Shown here one piece after another: positions 34,686-50,395 of a DNA stretch of 64,000 bases. Below the pieces are notes generated by a model that was not told the DNA's origin, searched no databases, and was given only the letters and a program-made list of their open reading frames with translations. Where the stretch lies: assembly GCF_009914755.1 (NCBI RefSeq), contig NC_060941.1; one strand, written 5' to 3'. The translations under genes were made by a program, and so were the position numbers. The stretch is from the human T2T-CHM13v2.0 reference genome, Homo sapiens. Numbering within the stretch: position 1 is the stretch's first letter; every line of letters begins with the position of its first letter.

Positions 34686-35453
34686 CCTTAGGCCATATAT
34701 TAAAGTTTCACTCATGTCTATTTGAGAATCACCATCCCAAAACACTTGATCACAATTTAGCAGGCATGAAAAGTTAATCTCACAGTTTAGAGCAACAAGA
34801 GAATCCTCTTGTGACATTGGTTGTGTCTTGCAACAAAATTCTTGAGGTAGAGGCACCAGAAGTGCTAAGAAATAAAATAAAATAAAAGTCCTAAGAAATG
34901 CAGCTTTTCCCACAGAAAATTCATCACATGTTCAAGATGCAGACATTATAGACTTTCTAGTAAAGGTTATAGCTATACTAATAATTAATTTGTATAAAAG
35001 ATTAACAGGCTAAAACTAAAATTATGTTAGTAATCTTAAATATTAAAATATGTACTTTTTGAAATTTAGTAACTCAGAAATACCTAAACTAGAAAATATA
35101 TCCTACAATTAAGAAAGATATTTCTTAATAAGAAGAAAAACCATCTTTCCATTGTTGCATGCTACATTTTAAAATCATCCTTAAAGTTTACATAATTCCC
35201 TAACCTTTTAGGGAATGACAGAATTACAGCCAACTGAACACTCAATAGACTGAAAAAGATACTTCCATGCTAATGAGAAATATGGCTCTATCAACCTTAG
35301 TAACAATTCCATCTCTTGAGTGCAACTTTCAAAAAATTTCAAACCTATATAGGGTTTTCATTTCATGTGATTTCTGACTATATGAACAATAAAAATCTAA
35401 CAAAGTAATAAAACAATCCCTGAGTTTACTAAAGCAGAGCGACAGAACTGAGG

Positions 35454-35659
35454 TGTCACCAATAGAAGCAGCACCCATCTAATGATGAAATGTGCACCCC
35501 ACACTAGACCTGTCACCAACAGAAGCAGCACCCATCTAACGATGAAATGTGCACCCCACACCCATCTAACGATGAAATGTGCACCCCACACTAGGCCTGT
35601 CACCAACAGAAGCAGCACCCATCTAACGATGAAATGTGCACCCCATACTAGGCCTGTCA
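35454..35659. repeat. Minisatellite: three 57-bp units, the middle one carrying an extra internal 30-bp duplication
   Basis: tgtca unit starts at 35454, 35511, 35598, 35655 (spacings 57, 87, 57). Confidence 0.95.
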
Positions 35660-36114
35660 TGCCAGCTGTTAGCACTGAGAAGCCAGGCACAATGACCCAA
35701 TGAGGCATGCACAGTTTAATGGACACAATAGCTTCAGCTAAAGCACATTTCCTTTGAAAATGTATCTCTTAAAATCAAACAGATTTCACTTCAAAGTAGA
35801 ATCATTATTGAACACACACCAACATGTGACTGAGGATAAGAGAAGTAAAACAAATCTCAAAAGAAAAGCATTTTCTAAAACTTATATGAAATATAGTATT
35901 ATCTTTATCACGTACACACATCTCACACTAAAACAACCTAAGAAGAAATTTCTGGACTGCTTTGAAAAAAATCATCCTTTAAAAAAAAAAAAAAAAAGAT
36001 AGATTATTAAATCCAGTCTCAAACCAAAATGTATTTTATCTAATCTTGAGAGCCTTTTTTCAATCTACTTTCTAGGAAGAAATGCTAAAATGACCATGTA
36101 AAAGGCACAGTCTG

Positions 36115-36216
36115 ATGGGATCTTGCTCTGTTGCCCAGGCTGGAACACAGTGGTGCAATCACAGCTCACTGCAGCCTCAAATTCATGGGTTCAAGTGATC
36201 CTCCTGCCTCAGTCTC
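36115..36216 (-). mobile_element. Alu right-arm fragment
   Basis: tcttgctctgttgcccaggctgg...cctcctgcctcagtctc. Confidence 0.85.
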
Positions 36217-36297
36217 TTGCAACCCTTACCATCAAAATGTAAGAAACTAGTATGAAGCCCCTTGATACTACTTTCGTGATTAGAAATATTCTGCTTT

Positions 36298-36600
36298 GGC
36301 CAGGCATGGTAGCTCGCGCCTGTAATCCCAGCACTTTGGTAGGCCGAGGCGGGCAGATCACCTGAGGTCAGGAGTTCAAGACCAGCCTGGCCAACATGGT
36401 GAAACCCCATCTCTACCAAAAATACAAAATTAGCTGGGCATGGTGACACTTGCCTGTAATCCCAGCTACTCAGAAGGCTGAGGCAGGAGAATCGCTTGAA
36501 CCCAGGAGGCGGAGGTTCTGGTGAGCGAGACTGCACCATTGCACTCCAGCCTGGGCAACAAGAACGAAACTCCATTTAAAAGAAAAGAAAAGAAAAAAAG
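36298..36600 (+). mobile_element. Alu (AluSq-like)
   Basis: Full dimer; TSD agaaatattctgctt. Confidence 0.96.
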
Positions 36601-36924
36601 AAATATTCTGCTTAAACTGTCAAAGTTCACAGAGGACTCATACATTCTCGGGACCTTGGGAAATATCCTACTAATTGTGTGGCAGCAGATCTGACCACGA
36701 TGTCACAAAGAGGCAAACTTCAATGTGTTCAGAACACACTTATTATTGTCAATACATGTCCAAGTCATTTAGAGAGATGAGTCTATATAAGCATACCATT
36801 GTCTCCTACCTTTAAATTGGGTCTCAAACCACAACAAAACATTCTTCATGATTCTAATGGTGATTTGGGTTTGCTCTGATGACTGGTATTGATTGAACAG
36901 ACAAGCAAAATGGCCCAGTCACAC

Positions 36925-37110
36925 ACACTAGAGCACAGCCCAAAGATGTGCCCAAAGCCAACCTTCAAACTGTTTCCGTATAGCCCTTAACTGACAGTGG
37001 ATTTTACAAAAACAAAAAAAGAAGAAGAAATGCAACCAGGCCTGTATGAAATTCTCAAAGCCTAAAATATTTATTATCTGACCCTTTACAGAAAAAGTTA
37101 CTGAGCCCTG
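36925..37110 (+). mobile_element. MER58-like hAT fragment
   Basis: caaagcctaaaatatttattatctgaccctttacagaaaaagtt...ccctg. Confidence 0.7.
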
Positions 37111-38334
37111 CACTACACCATAGCTTAGTAGCTGCATAGACACCTCCCCCAAAATTTTCAAAAATATATCTTAGTTATTTTATTTATAAAGAATTAACAA
37201 TCAAATGTAAATTAAATTCAAGGCAACATTAAAATGCATATAAATATTAAGTTTAAAGAGTGAAGAAGAAAACAAAATACTCTTTTAAGCAACATATGAA
37301 TGTCTGTCACAGACTTTTGAAAATCTTCACAATCTATGTTTACTTGCTTATAGATGCATTCTGAGAACTCTATCTAATTATTATAGGATCTGTTTCTTTG
37401 TATGTGTACCAATTCTGCACCACACTTCACTAACATTTATAGGCCTGCCAAATTCAGAAATTTAATTTACCAGCCTTCATATCCAGGGTTACCTTTAGGT
37501 GAGAGTATCACCAGAAATTCCAGAATTCTCTAGCACAGTAACTACTTGTCACATGTTAGGCAGGTCGCAATAAATTATCAGTTATATCTTGAAGATCCTT
37601 CAAAACTCTTGTGTAGTTGTGTACAGAACACATCAATACTGATCCAGCTGATTTACATTTTGTAAATATCCCTATTTGAGTCAATAAATATGATATAACT
37701 TTAAAGATTAAAAAAACAGAAAGCTCAGAAGTTCCTATAAAAACACTCTACACTATCTTACCACTGCCGTACCACAATCTCTTCTTTTCATACCTAAGGG
37801 CTTTTTTACACCATGAGCAGCAAGTGTTGCCACTAATGATGTACCAGTTTCCTTTAAATTTTTTTAATTATAGGAGGAATATATGGTCATTATGGAACAT
37901 TTCAAAAGTAGAGAAAACTATTACAACATAAAAATCAGCTGTTAGTCTACCAACCAGAACATTTTGCTTTCATTCTTTCCAACATTTTTATACACAAATA
38001 CATACACGTATGTGTATAGGCATCTATAAAAAATTAGAATGGCAATAAGGTATTATAACTAGCATATTTTCTTCCCTAATATTATATCATGAGCATCATC
38101 ACTGCATTAAAAATTCTTCAAGAACATAATTTCAAGTTGTATAACATTCAATCATATAGCTATATCATAATTAACTTATTCTTCACTACTCTTTGCAAGA
38201 CATGTGTCCAGACATCTTTGACTCTGATTATTGCTTATGATCCCCCATATGTGGAATTTCCACACCAAAAGATTCAAACTTAAGGTCCTGGATACAAACT
38301 GCCAAACAGCTCTCCAGATAGATCACACAAACTG

Positions 38335-38628
38335 GGCCAGGGGCGGTGGCTCATGCCTGTAATCCCAGCACCTTGGGAGGCCAGAGCGGGTGGATCACTT
38401 GAGCCCAGGAGTTCCAGATCTTCCCTGGGCAACATGGCAAAATCCCATCTCTACAAAAAATACAAAATGAAGCCGGTATGGTGATGCACACCTGCAGTCT
38501 CAGCCACTCAGCGTCTCCAGTTAGGCTGGAGATGATCACCCCAGCCCGGGAGGTTGAGGCTGCAGTGAGCCAAAACCATGCCACTGCATTCCAGCCTCAG
38601 TGACAGAGTGAGACCCTGTCTCAAAATA
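38335..38628 (+). mobile_element. Alu (AluJ-like)
   Basis: Dimer; agatcacac on both flanks. Confidence 0.93.
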
Positions 38629-38762
38629 GTAATAATTTTTTTTAAAAAGATCACACCAACTTAGTTTGCCATCAGTGCTAATATTTTTAAGGCCCTCTCA
38701 TACTGGCTTTGAAAGCCTTCGCAAGGTACTCATAGAGTGCACTTTCAACTATTCAGTTTCTC

Positions 38763-39032
38763 TTTTTTTTTTTTTTTGAAACAGGGTCTCTCTTTCTCTC
38801 ACCCAAGCAGTGATGTAATCATAGCTCACTGAAGCCTAGACCTCCTGGGCTCAAGCGATTCTCCCACCTCAGACCTCAAACTGACCCACATCATGCCTGA
38901 TTATTTAACTTTTTGTAGAGATGAGGTCTCACTATGTTGCCCAGGCTGGTCTCAAACTCTTGAGCACAAGCAATCCATCCACCTCAGCCTCCCAAAGTGC
39001 TACAATTACAGGTGTGAGCCACCACGCCCAGC
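38763..39032 (-). mobile_element. Alu (AluJ-like, internally deleted)
   Basis: T-tail followed by reverse-complement Alu. Confidence 0.9.
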
Positions 39033-40438
39033 CTTAGTTACTTGATCAGTATTTAACCTCTACAATTTTGTAGGGTTTCTCCTTTTTTCCATCCAGACAA
39101 GTTTCCACTTTTAAAAGATTATTTTGAATATAATAATACTAAGCTTTTTAGGCTTCACATGCACATTCTAAAGTAATGGAATGATTTATCAACCTTAATA
39201 AAATATTAAACAAATAAAAGTTAATATATAATTTTTTCTGAATTCCTACTATGATACTCAAAAATAGTCTCCAGGATTCTGGTAAGCTTTTAAATTATAT
39301 TTAATCCCAATATTTACGATTTATCATGGTGTTCTTTCCTAAGAAAAAGGAATCCATGATAATATAAATAATATAGATGATATAACCCACTGTCCTTCTT
39401 ATTTAACAGCCTACAGACACAATTGATAAAAAAAAAAAGCCTTTTAAGACACCATCAATGGGCCAGGATTTAAAGTCTTAGAGTAATGAAAAATAGATTC
39501 CATCTGACTTTGTAAATTTTACATGTATTTAATTTGAAATTAGGTATTTTCAAAAGTTAGATCATAACTAATCTATAAATAGGGTGACCAAAATATCTAT
39601 AAGTTTTCACTTTCTTTTCCTTTCTGAATATACTCTTAATGAGTGTTCAGTATTTATTAATAATACTAATGATAAGGAACCATAAGGCATCCTGGAGAAG
39701 AAAAATATGCTGGTTCAGCTGTATTTAAAAGTAAAACTACTTATAAAAATGTATTCAGGTCTCATAATTGTGGTTCAGTTTTTAAGGCTTGTCTCCAGTT
39801 TATCTAAAATATATTAATAGAAAGCTACTACCAAATACAACTATTTCACTAATCTTCCCTCACTCTAACTTTCTTTTCTGAGATTATTTTTCCTAAAATA
39901 ATTCAAATAAGCTTTTGATTTAAGCACTTGGTCTTAACCTGTGGCATATGGATAAAATGTAAAATATGTTAACGTATTTATAAACTGCTATAAAGCTGTT
40001 TTATTAACCCGTTTTCCTGAAAATCTAAATAATTTCATTCCTAAAACAACTTTTCAAAATATGTGGTCTCTTTCGGTTGTTGTATATCTGTTCAACAAAT
40101 ACTCATTCAGTGCTTGCTATGACTACCATTGACTGAAAGCTTCTTAAGAGCAGGAACCACGGATTTATACTCCCGGCATCTGGCAAAGAGCTTGTCCCCT
40201 AATAGATGTTTAATAAGGTCTTATAGAAATGAACTATGTGCTAAATAACAGGGATACCATGGTGAGCATGAGACAGTTCTTGCCTTAAGAAGCTCATATT
40301 TCCTTTAAAGATAGAATACAGTTATTCAATAACAACCATTTACTACCTGTCTTCACTTAGGCACACTTTCATTTTAAAGATTAGAAATACCATCCAAAGG
40401 GGAGATTTTTTGTTTTAAAGTGTTTCTAAAGTAACTTA

Positions 40439-40780
<342 letters not shown>

Positions 40781-41981
40781 CTATATTACATATTTTTGTA
40801 TGAGAATTGTATATGCTAGAGCTCAAATTCTTAAAAACAAAACAATGCAAATACCCATTGACTATTTCCCCCATATCAAAAAACAAAACAAAACAAAATA
40901 ACATTAGTATAAATCCATGTTTAAAAAAAAAACTTTTTATCAGGCTAGGACATACTAGAAATTAACATTTTTAAAATACAGATTAACATTTAGAACTTAA
41001 CTCTTCAGTCAAGAGAAATTTGAATCTGCGTGAAAAAGATATGATAAATTCTTCATAGGTTTTATCAGATGATAATCACTTTCTCTTCCTACTACCAATA
41101 CCCATCCCATTATAGAAAGAGAAGATCAAAAACTGTAAAAGGTTAAATCTTTTCTTGTGTGATAAAGCACAATGAAACTACAGTATCTTTAAGTCAACTT
41201 ACTATAAACAAAAATCTTTTCGAAAATATTAATGTAAAACACTGCTAAGTCCTTATTAAAATGCAGTACAATGCCATTCAAATGTCATTTCCAAAAAATC
41301 CAGGTTAGCCTTCGTTAAATTATACTGTAAGTAGGGCACAATGTCAAAACAAATGACTGTTCAAGTTCTGACATACCAGGGGAAAAAAAGTAGCACAATA
41401 CCAGCACAAGATGAAATCCATAGTAACATAAACTCTGAGCACTGGGTTGGCTCACTCTATATGTAGTGCGTATTACTTTTCTATTGAGTGAAACATACAT
41501 ATACCTAAAAAAGAAAACTTAACCAAAAGAAAAAAAAAATGTAACCTTACTGATACATTACACCAAGACTTTGACATAACATAATTGGAAAAACGGTTTC
41601 ACAACTCAGATTAAAATTTTAGGAAGAAATAATTAAAAGTTAGACAAAGATCAGTCTCCAAAGTACAAATTATCCTAAACTATCTTTGAAATGACAACAT
41701 AATGCACAATTGCCATGTCTTTTTTAGTGAGAGATTTGGCAACATTTAAATGTTACATATATATTATAAACATGAGCCTAGTCATTCACCAAGATTAATG
41801 TCTCAATAGTGGCAAATAGCTTATCCAAATAATCTTAGTAATTTCTAACCTTTGCTCCTTGAAAAGCCATTTTCACATGCCAGTTTTATTTCTCAAAGGG
41901 CAACACAAATACCATTATAACCATCAAATGTAAAGATGGTCTGCTTATTAAAAACTTGCACTTTAAAAATACTCTGGATTG

Positions 41982-42120
41982 GGGCTGCGCACAGTAGCTC
42001 CCGCCTGTAACCCCATCACGTTGGGAGGTCAAGGCAGGAGGATCGCTTGAGGTCAGGAGTTCAAGACTAGATTGAACAACATAGTGAGACCCTGTCTCTA
42101 AAAAAATAAAATAAAAATAT
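41982..42120 (+). mobile_element. FLAM_C-like monomer
   Basis: Single arm; TSD aaaaatactctggattg. Confidence 0.9.
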
Positions 42121-42242
42121 ACGATAAAATTAACTATCATTAAAAAAAATACTCTGGATTGATGGTCTGTTTTTGCAATAGCCTCACAAGCAGAAGTTTC
42201 CTAATGTACACTAACCACATTTTCTTCCTAAATCACTTTGAC

Positions 42243-42856
<614 letters not shown>

Positions 42857-43904
42857 CTAAACTCTACATAATAGTAAGGAATCTATTTAGTATGTAGCTT
42901 TTAAAGGAGGTCTAACTACTCTTTGGTGGTGGGGAGATTATATTTCATAATTTTATTTTACATTTCACTTTAAAAAAATTAATTCAGACTGTGCCTAGAT
43001 TACTATTATGTTCATATACTTTAAAAAGTCACTAGTTATTCCTAACTGATGTTTAAGTAGCTGAGACAAGAACAAACCTAAAATGACAGAGCTTTCCCTG
43101 GAAAATGCTTTTTGATTCACCTACCTAATATACAAACAAAATGCAGAAAGCTTTTCTACTCTGGGTTAACAGTATTCAGGCTTTTGGGGAAAAGTGGCAT
43201 GAGCAATAGCAGTATTTGTTTTTCTCATTATCTATATAGTACCCTGATTCCCACCTGGATTTTATGAAACTCTTAAATGCTTGTATCAAAATATCACACA
43301 TACTTCATAAATGTATACAACTATTATGTATCCATAAAAATTAAAAATTAAATGTTAAGTGTCTTTAGCAGGTAGCACAGTAATTTCAAAACAATTCTCC
43401 AACAATGCTAAATTTTATTCCATTTACTTTTTTTAATGACTTTAAACACAGTGCAGGGGAAAGGAAAACTAGGGGAGCAAAAAGAATCTTGAAAAAAAAA
43501 TCCACATATTCCAGCAACAAAAAGCCTACAAACTACTGATCTAAGTCTTTAACTCGGATGTCAAAAATGAACTATGGCCAGTGACTACTACTAAGGATAC
43601 GGTATGCAAAACCCATTTCTCTTTCCCTACTTCATCTGAATTTGAGTCAAACTTCCAGCTCCATTCCTCTCACTTGTACAAAGAAACTTACTAAACTGAT
43701 TTAATGACCCACCTAACTTACAGTGCTTAAAGGTCACCTCATAAATAGCAGAAGGATGTGGGTCCCTTATGGGGACACGGCATGACTCCTACTGGGGCTC
43801 TTTGTCATCTCCACCTACAGCACATGCGTACCTGCTAACACCTCAGCACTCAGGGCAGCCTGAGCCAGTGCATCCTTGGCATGCGTTTTCTTCAGCCTAG
43901 ATTA

Positions 43905-44267
<363 letters not shown>

Positions 44268-46279
44268 TCATAAAACCATTTAGGAATTTAACTTTAACAG
44301 TGACTTATTAACCAATTCTTACAATAATAAATCTCAAAGCAAACCTGACAGAAATTACAGACCTATGGAATGTGTTACCCTGAGATGTGCTAGGCAAAAA
44401 CTATAAACAGATTTTAATAGAAATCCATAAGTTAAAGATAATTAGAATACACCTAATCTTTTGAAGATAACAGTCTTTTGAAGGGGTTCCGCTATCAAAA
44501 ATAGAATTCAAGGTTGAAATAACTACTCTAACACAAGATACATTTCCCAACTTCCCTTGGCCTTCTGACCCTGAGAATAGCAGTGCTTGCATTTCAACCA
44601 CATCTTTACTATTCTAATAAAGCATCCAAAGGGTGGGTTTGTTTCGTCTTGAAGTATATAGTATAGCAGACTTGAAAAATACCTTTAACAGGACCTGGAA
44701 GGTAGATAAGAAGAAAATAAGCGGTGGGGAAATCGAGTGTTCTAAGTACCCAGCACAAGGGTTGACATGTAAGAGGCAGGTAATAAATGGGTGTTAAATA
44801 TGGAATTTATTAAAACCTGCTATATTTATCTAGGACTTAGAGAATGAGATGAAATGCTTCCTAATTCCAAAATCAGATACCACACTCTTCCTTAGAAAAT
44901 ATTTTGGTATGTGGCTTTACAAATCTTGACTGCCCAAATTAACAATAAAATAAAATCCCACAGTAATCCCAAACTACTGCTTCAGTGATCCATTTCTATA
45001 TCCTTTCTTTCACCCAAACTGCCACATGGAAGCAAGGTGAATCTCTCTCAGCTTGCCTATGTTAACTGTCCCTATTTCTCTCTCTGAAAGAGGCTAACAA
45101 AAAGTTAAAACAGCAGAGTAAGAGCATTAAGAAATACCTCATGCTTTTTACATACTTCTATTCAGTTTCTTTTATTGACAAACTATTTAAGTCTATTTTT
45201 CTATTACTTTTCTGATCATGTAACAGTATGTAGATATATAATATGTTCTTAACTTACCAACAACTTTGGTAGTTGGGAATACTTTCTAAGATAGACTAAA
45301 TTTTAATGCTAATGTTAACATAGATAGCTAGACTCAAACTAGAGAAATAAATGATATCAAGTTTCCATATTTAACTCCAAGAGTTCATTTTCAGCATGTT
45401 GCTTCCAGATATTCAAAACAGAATTCCAAATCAATTTTGCCAAACAAAAATTTTCCATTAATCAAGTTGTGGTATAAACCATAAGAATGCAGTCTGTTTT
45501 CTAAACAGGGGATAACTCACTAGCTTCCTTCCTTTGCAGATGCCTTTGCCACATATTTTTGAAAAGCCTATCCTTAGTCCAGAAGCTTTTTTAGTATATA
45601 GTGTCTTTTTCTGAACCCGAATCTCCCCAACAAGGGAAAAAAAAAACTACAAAAAGCAAAACTAAAGTCACTCATATTTCCTAAAGAGTTTTCAGGATTG
45701 CCAAAATGACTAGAGAAAAAAAATATTTGTTCATGGCCTACGAATAGAAAAGGTCTGGATGCTTTAGGTACAGTGACAGTAATATTTAAAAAAAAAAAGA
45801 AACCCAAAACCTATGTTTATTTTCCTCCAATTCAAATTTGAATTAACTAAAGTAGGATTTTTAGTTCAATACTTAACAATGAACTAGAGAAATATAAACA
45901 TTTGCTATATAACTTGATTTTAAGTTTCAATGAGTAACACACTAACATAACTAAGTTACATGAACATATCAGTTTGACAGACACTGAGAGCCAATGATTA
46001 ACTGAGCTACACTGTCTCTAAGAGGGAAATAATGCATGCTGCATTTCTAAACTTATTTGTACATGGCATTCTACACCTTCGGTGTTATTATTAATTTTAG
46101 TGGAACATAATTTAGAAAATGCTAAGCTAATAGCCTAGCATGGTCCAAATTTATAAACTTATGCAAGAGAAATACGGTTCCAGCATTCATTTAAGGACAA
46201 AAACTTGCTTAAAAACAATGAACACCCAATCAAGTGGAAGATGCAATAAATATTTCCCACTGAGAAGGAGTAATCTCTA

Positions 46280-46628
<349 letters not shown>

Positions 46629-48029
46629 GAGATATTTCCCATTCAAATTCCAGTTTCACAGAATCACTAAGTTTCCTTGTGTATGCAAAAACCAAATTAT
46701 ATTATAATTTATAATATTTTCGAAACCATATGGAAATATGACAGATCCCAGACCTAATTGAATTCCCAATTGCATTTGGCCAACTTATACCTGGAATGAC
46801 ACTTTTCTCCTAATTCCAGGCCAAGGAAGATCCAATGATGAACTGGCTGAGGCTGAAGATCAAATTAGCCAGGCTGTCAGATTGTCACCAATTTAACAAA
46901 GCAGTTATCTTGCTCTCAATGTCTCTGAATGTTGTCCACACAAGTATTCCAGGAAAAGATACAAAATAGGACACTGCCATTTTACATTTTTATTGTCTCA
47001 GAACATTTTATAAAATTGTAATTTCACATAAACAAATTGTTTGCCCATAAACATATTTTCTGCTGACATGGACTCTCCCGTGATAATCAAAAACACTAAC
47101 TGTAATAGTACTGAGATAAAAGCAAGAAACAAATATTACACTACTTATATTCTGCTTTTATTTCTTTACAATTCTGTTAGGACTCTCCACATAATCACAA
47201 TGAAACAAAAGTAGTCACGCAATAAAAATTTCAAGAGTTAACAAAATGGTAAGATATTCAATGACATCAATTTTAAGGGTGGGGAAGTTATCAAAGAGCT
47301 AAAAATTAGCATAAGTCATTATGCTGATGACCAAAAAAAGTTAGCCCAATATCATCTAGCTTGCCTAAAACCTAGATCTAAGTTTTCCTTTCCCCAACTT
47401 TCAAAATCTTACATAAGAAAATGCATTTTGTAGATTTCATACTGTTTGTTATTTCTCCTTTGTCTTTAAACAAATTTCACTATGTGAAATCATTTTAATG
47501 TTTCCAAATTAGTCCAAGAAAATGCTTAAGTTTTTTCAATTATTTTCTATCACATAACTACTTAAAAGTAAAATCTTAAAGGAAAAAAGGCAAAGACATC
47601 AAACTACAAAGAAGTCACTAAAAAAAGGATATGGTATTATGAAAAAAGAGGAGGATATCCTTGTCTATATAAATCCTCTCTACCACATCTGAATGAAATG
47701 TAAAACTTAATTTTCAAACTAATATGTTAGAAATATCAGAAAGGAGATTCTTTGTTTCTTCCAGCTACCAGGCTCAAAACATCAATCATCTTGGAAAACT
47801 ACGCTTTCAACTCCTACAATGTGTTCTCTTGCCAACATCTGCAGGCACTGTGGCCTCAAGGGCTCTCTGCTTTTTAAGTCCTCTGCTTGCACCCTAGTCC
47901 GAGTCCTCATTTTAAAAAACAAAAACAAAATAAAGAAACAAAAAAAAAACCCAACTCTTCTCTTTTCCTACTTTCTTCCTTTTGTGTATAAGCCAGAAAT
48001 TATCCTAATCAAGGCTAATTATAAACATA

Positions 48030-48250
48030 ATAGCTACTATTAACTAAACGTCTACTATGAGCCTGATGTCGTACGAGGCTTCAGGTTGTCACAATGATCT
48101 ATGACAGGTATTACTAGCCCCATTTTACAGATGTTTCCCCGTGAAGCCCAGAGAAGTTAAGTACTCTGCCCAGGCTCACACAGGCAATAAGTCGAAAATC
48201 AGGATTCAAATCCTATTCTATTTGACTCTGATTTTTGTCCTCTGCTCTTC
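48030..48250 (-). mobile_element. MIR
   Basis: cccattttacagatg...gcccagagaagttaagtactctgcccaggctcaca...ggattcaaatcc. Confidence 0.8.
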
Positions 48251-48690
48251 TCCAACAAGAAAAGTAACTCGTATCTGAGGCAGAAGTAGTCAAAGTACTT
48301 TTACTCTTCTCAAGCCTATGAAAGTACCCTGAGCTCCTTTTCATCACCACCTTTTCTAATTATCATGTTTTAATACTATCGTTCTTTTACATTTTACTGC
48401 AGACATTTAACATTTTATATTATTAATTAAATATTTTACTAACTAATAAGAATTCTTGACAGCACTTACAAACATTTCTATGGGTAAAGGAGTCTGAGTT
48501 ATAAGCCACTAACCTACAAGCAAATTTCTAAAATACAACCCACATGTAAGCCAAGAACATCCTTTACAGTTATATTTGAGAGTAGGAAATGTATGTTGTT
48601 CTCTCTTTATGACTTAAATCTCTTTATGATTTAAAAAGGATGCTGCTTAGTGGTTCTCAAGGTCTGGTCTCTAAAAGCAACTTACTAGTT

Positions 48691-48910
48691 CAGGGGTAGG
48701 CAAACTACAACACGAAAGTCAAATGTAGCCATTGTTTTTGAAAATAAAGTTTTATTGGAACACAGTCACACCCATTTGCTTATGCATTGTCTATGGCTGC
48801 TTTCTCATTACGACGCAGAGCTGAGTAGTTGCAACAGAGATCACCTGCCCTGCAACACCTAAAATATTAACCGTCTGGCCCTCTGCAGAAAGAATTTGCC
48901 AAATACTATG
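48691..48910 (+). mobile_element. MER58A hAT-Charlie element
   Basis: caggggtaggcaaactac...aataaagttttattggaacacag...gagtagttgcaacagaga...tttgcc. Confidence 0.88.
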
Positions 48911-50089
48911 CTAATATATATAAGCCAAATACTTTATTTTTATTTTATCAACTACCATATCTATTTAGCTATGGAAATTAATTTATTCTGATTCCAAAGA
49001 GTACTGAAAAGATGACAAAAATACATACTACAGAATAAAAACAAGTAAAAGGGATCAAAGTCAGTGGGAAATAAGGGTAAAGTGAAGTCTGGGTAATCTT
49101 AGCACACGTAGAAGAAGATGTCACCTAACTGTTAAATTTGGGCACCATCGTTGTTTCAACCTTACTAGCAGCTAAAGTAAAGAGGAAGACAGACCAATTT
49201 CACCTTTTCACTATGTGAAAAAAAATAAAATTCTAGCATTCGCTAATGAGAAAAACTACTTCTAGGTTCTCATGAATGGGACATTATGGTACATAGTAAA
49301 AAACGTCCTCCACAATATGGTTAGTTATAGTCAATACAAAAGCAAGTTTCACACAGCTCTGCTTTTTGAAGTGTTTGTTAAATAAAAAGTTTTTGTTAAA
49401 TAGAATAGAACACCTATAAATCCAACCAAGAGCAAAGGAAATGTGGGCTAACATGTCCTTTCTTTGTCCTGTTGGATCTTGGCATAAAATTTAGATATAG
49501 GCAATAAATTGACAATGTACAAAGTAATTCCTTATGTCATGCTTACATGATGAAACCAGGGACCTCTTCCCAAAAACAAAGAGCAGATTTGATTAAAGGC
49601 ACCCTTGGCCTCCTTAACACTAGTGGATGCACAAACTGATTTATGAAGGCTTATTATACTCAAGACTTTTCATTCAGAAACAATGTACTAACATCAGCAA
49701 AGTTAACTAGTCAATAGGACATGAAAATAAACATTGTAGGTATATACACAATTACCATTAAAATGATATTCTACCCAAACTAATATTGAAAGATATTACT
49801 GTGCTAAAACCATCTTACTGTGAAATGAAACTGGTAGACCAAAACAGGTCTGATCATCTACTCATACAAGTTTGGGGAACCTCAAAGTTCAAGCTTTACC
49901 TGGTGGCTCTGTGAAGAAATCAGGGCACAGTGTGAATCATTATAAGCCCATTACACAGTAAATGAGTCAATTAAGTTGGGATTTTTTTCTTTATTACTAT
50001 TCTCTTCCTATCCATGGAATATATTCAGGGGCCAATACATATCTTTGAATGTTGCTTTTTAACACATTGTATCGGGGGAAAAAAGTCTA

Positions 50090-50395
<306 letters not shown>

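Noticed and set aside
35454-35659. CRISPR-like array or novel repeat protein (ORFs 35397..35726 and 35482..35703)
   Set aside because: Units are head-to-tail with no unique spacers and there are no cas genes in a mammalian intron; the ORFs arise because 57 and 30 are multiples of 3.
46835-46860. Box C (atgatga) followed by CTGA, as a C/D snoRNA
   Set aside because: Boxes only 5-11 nt apart, on the strand opposite the host gene, with no terminal stem.
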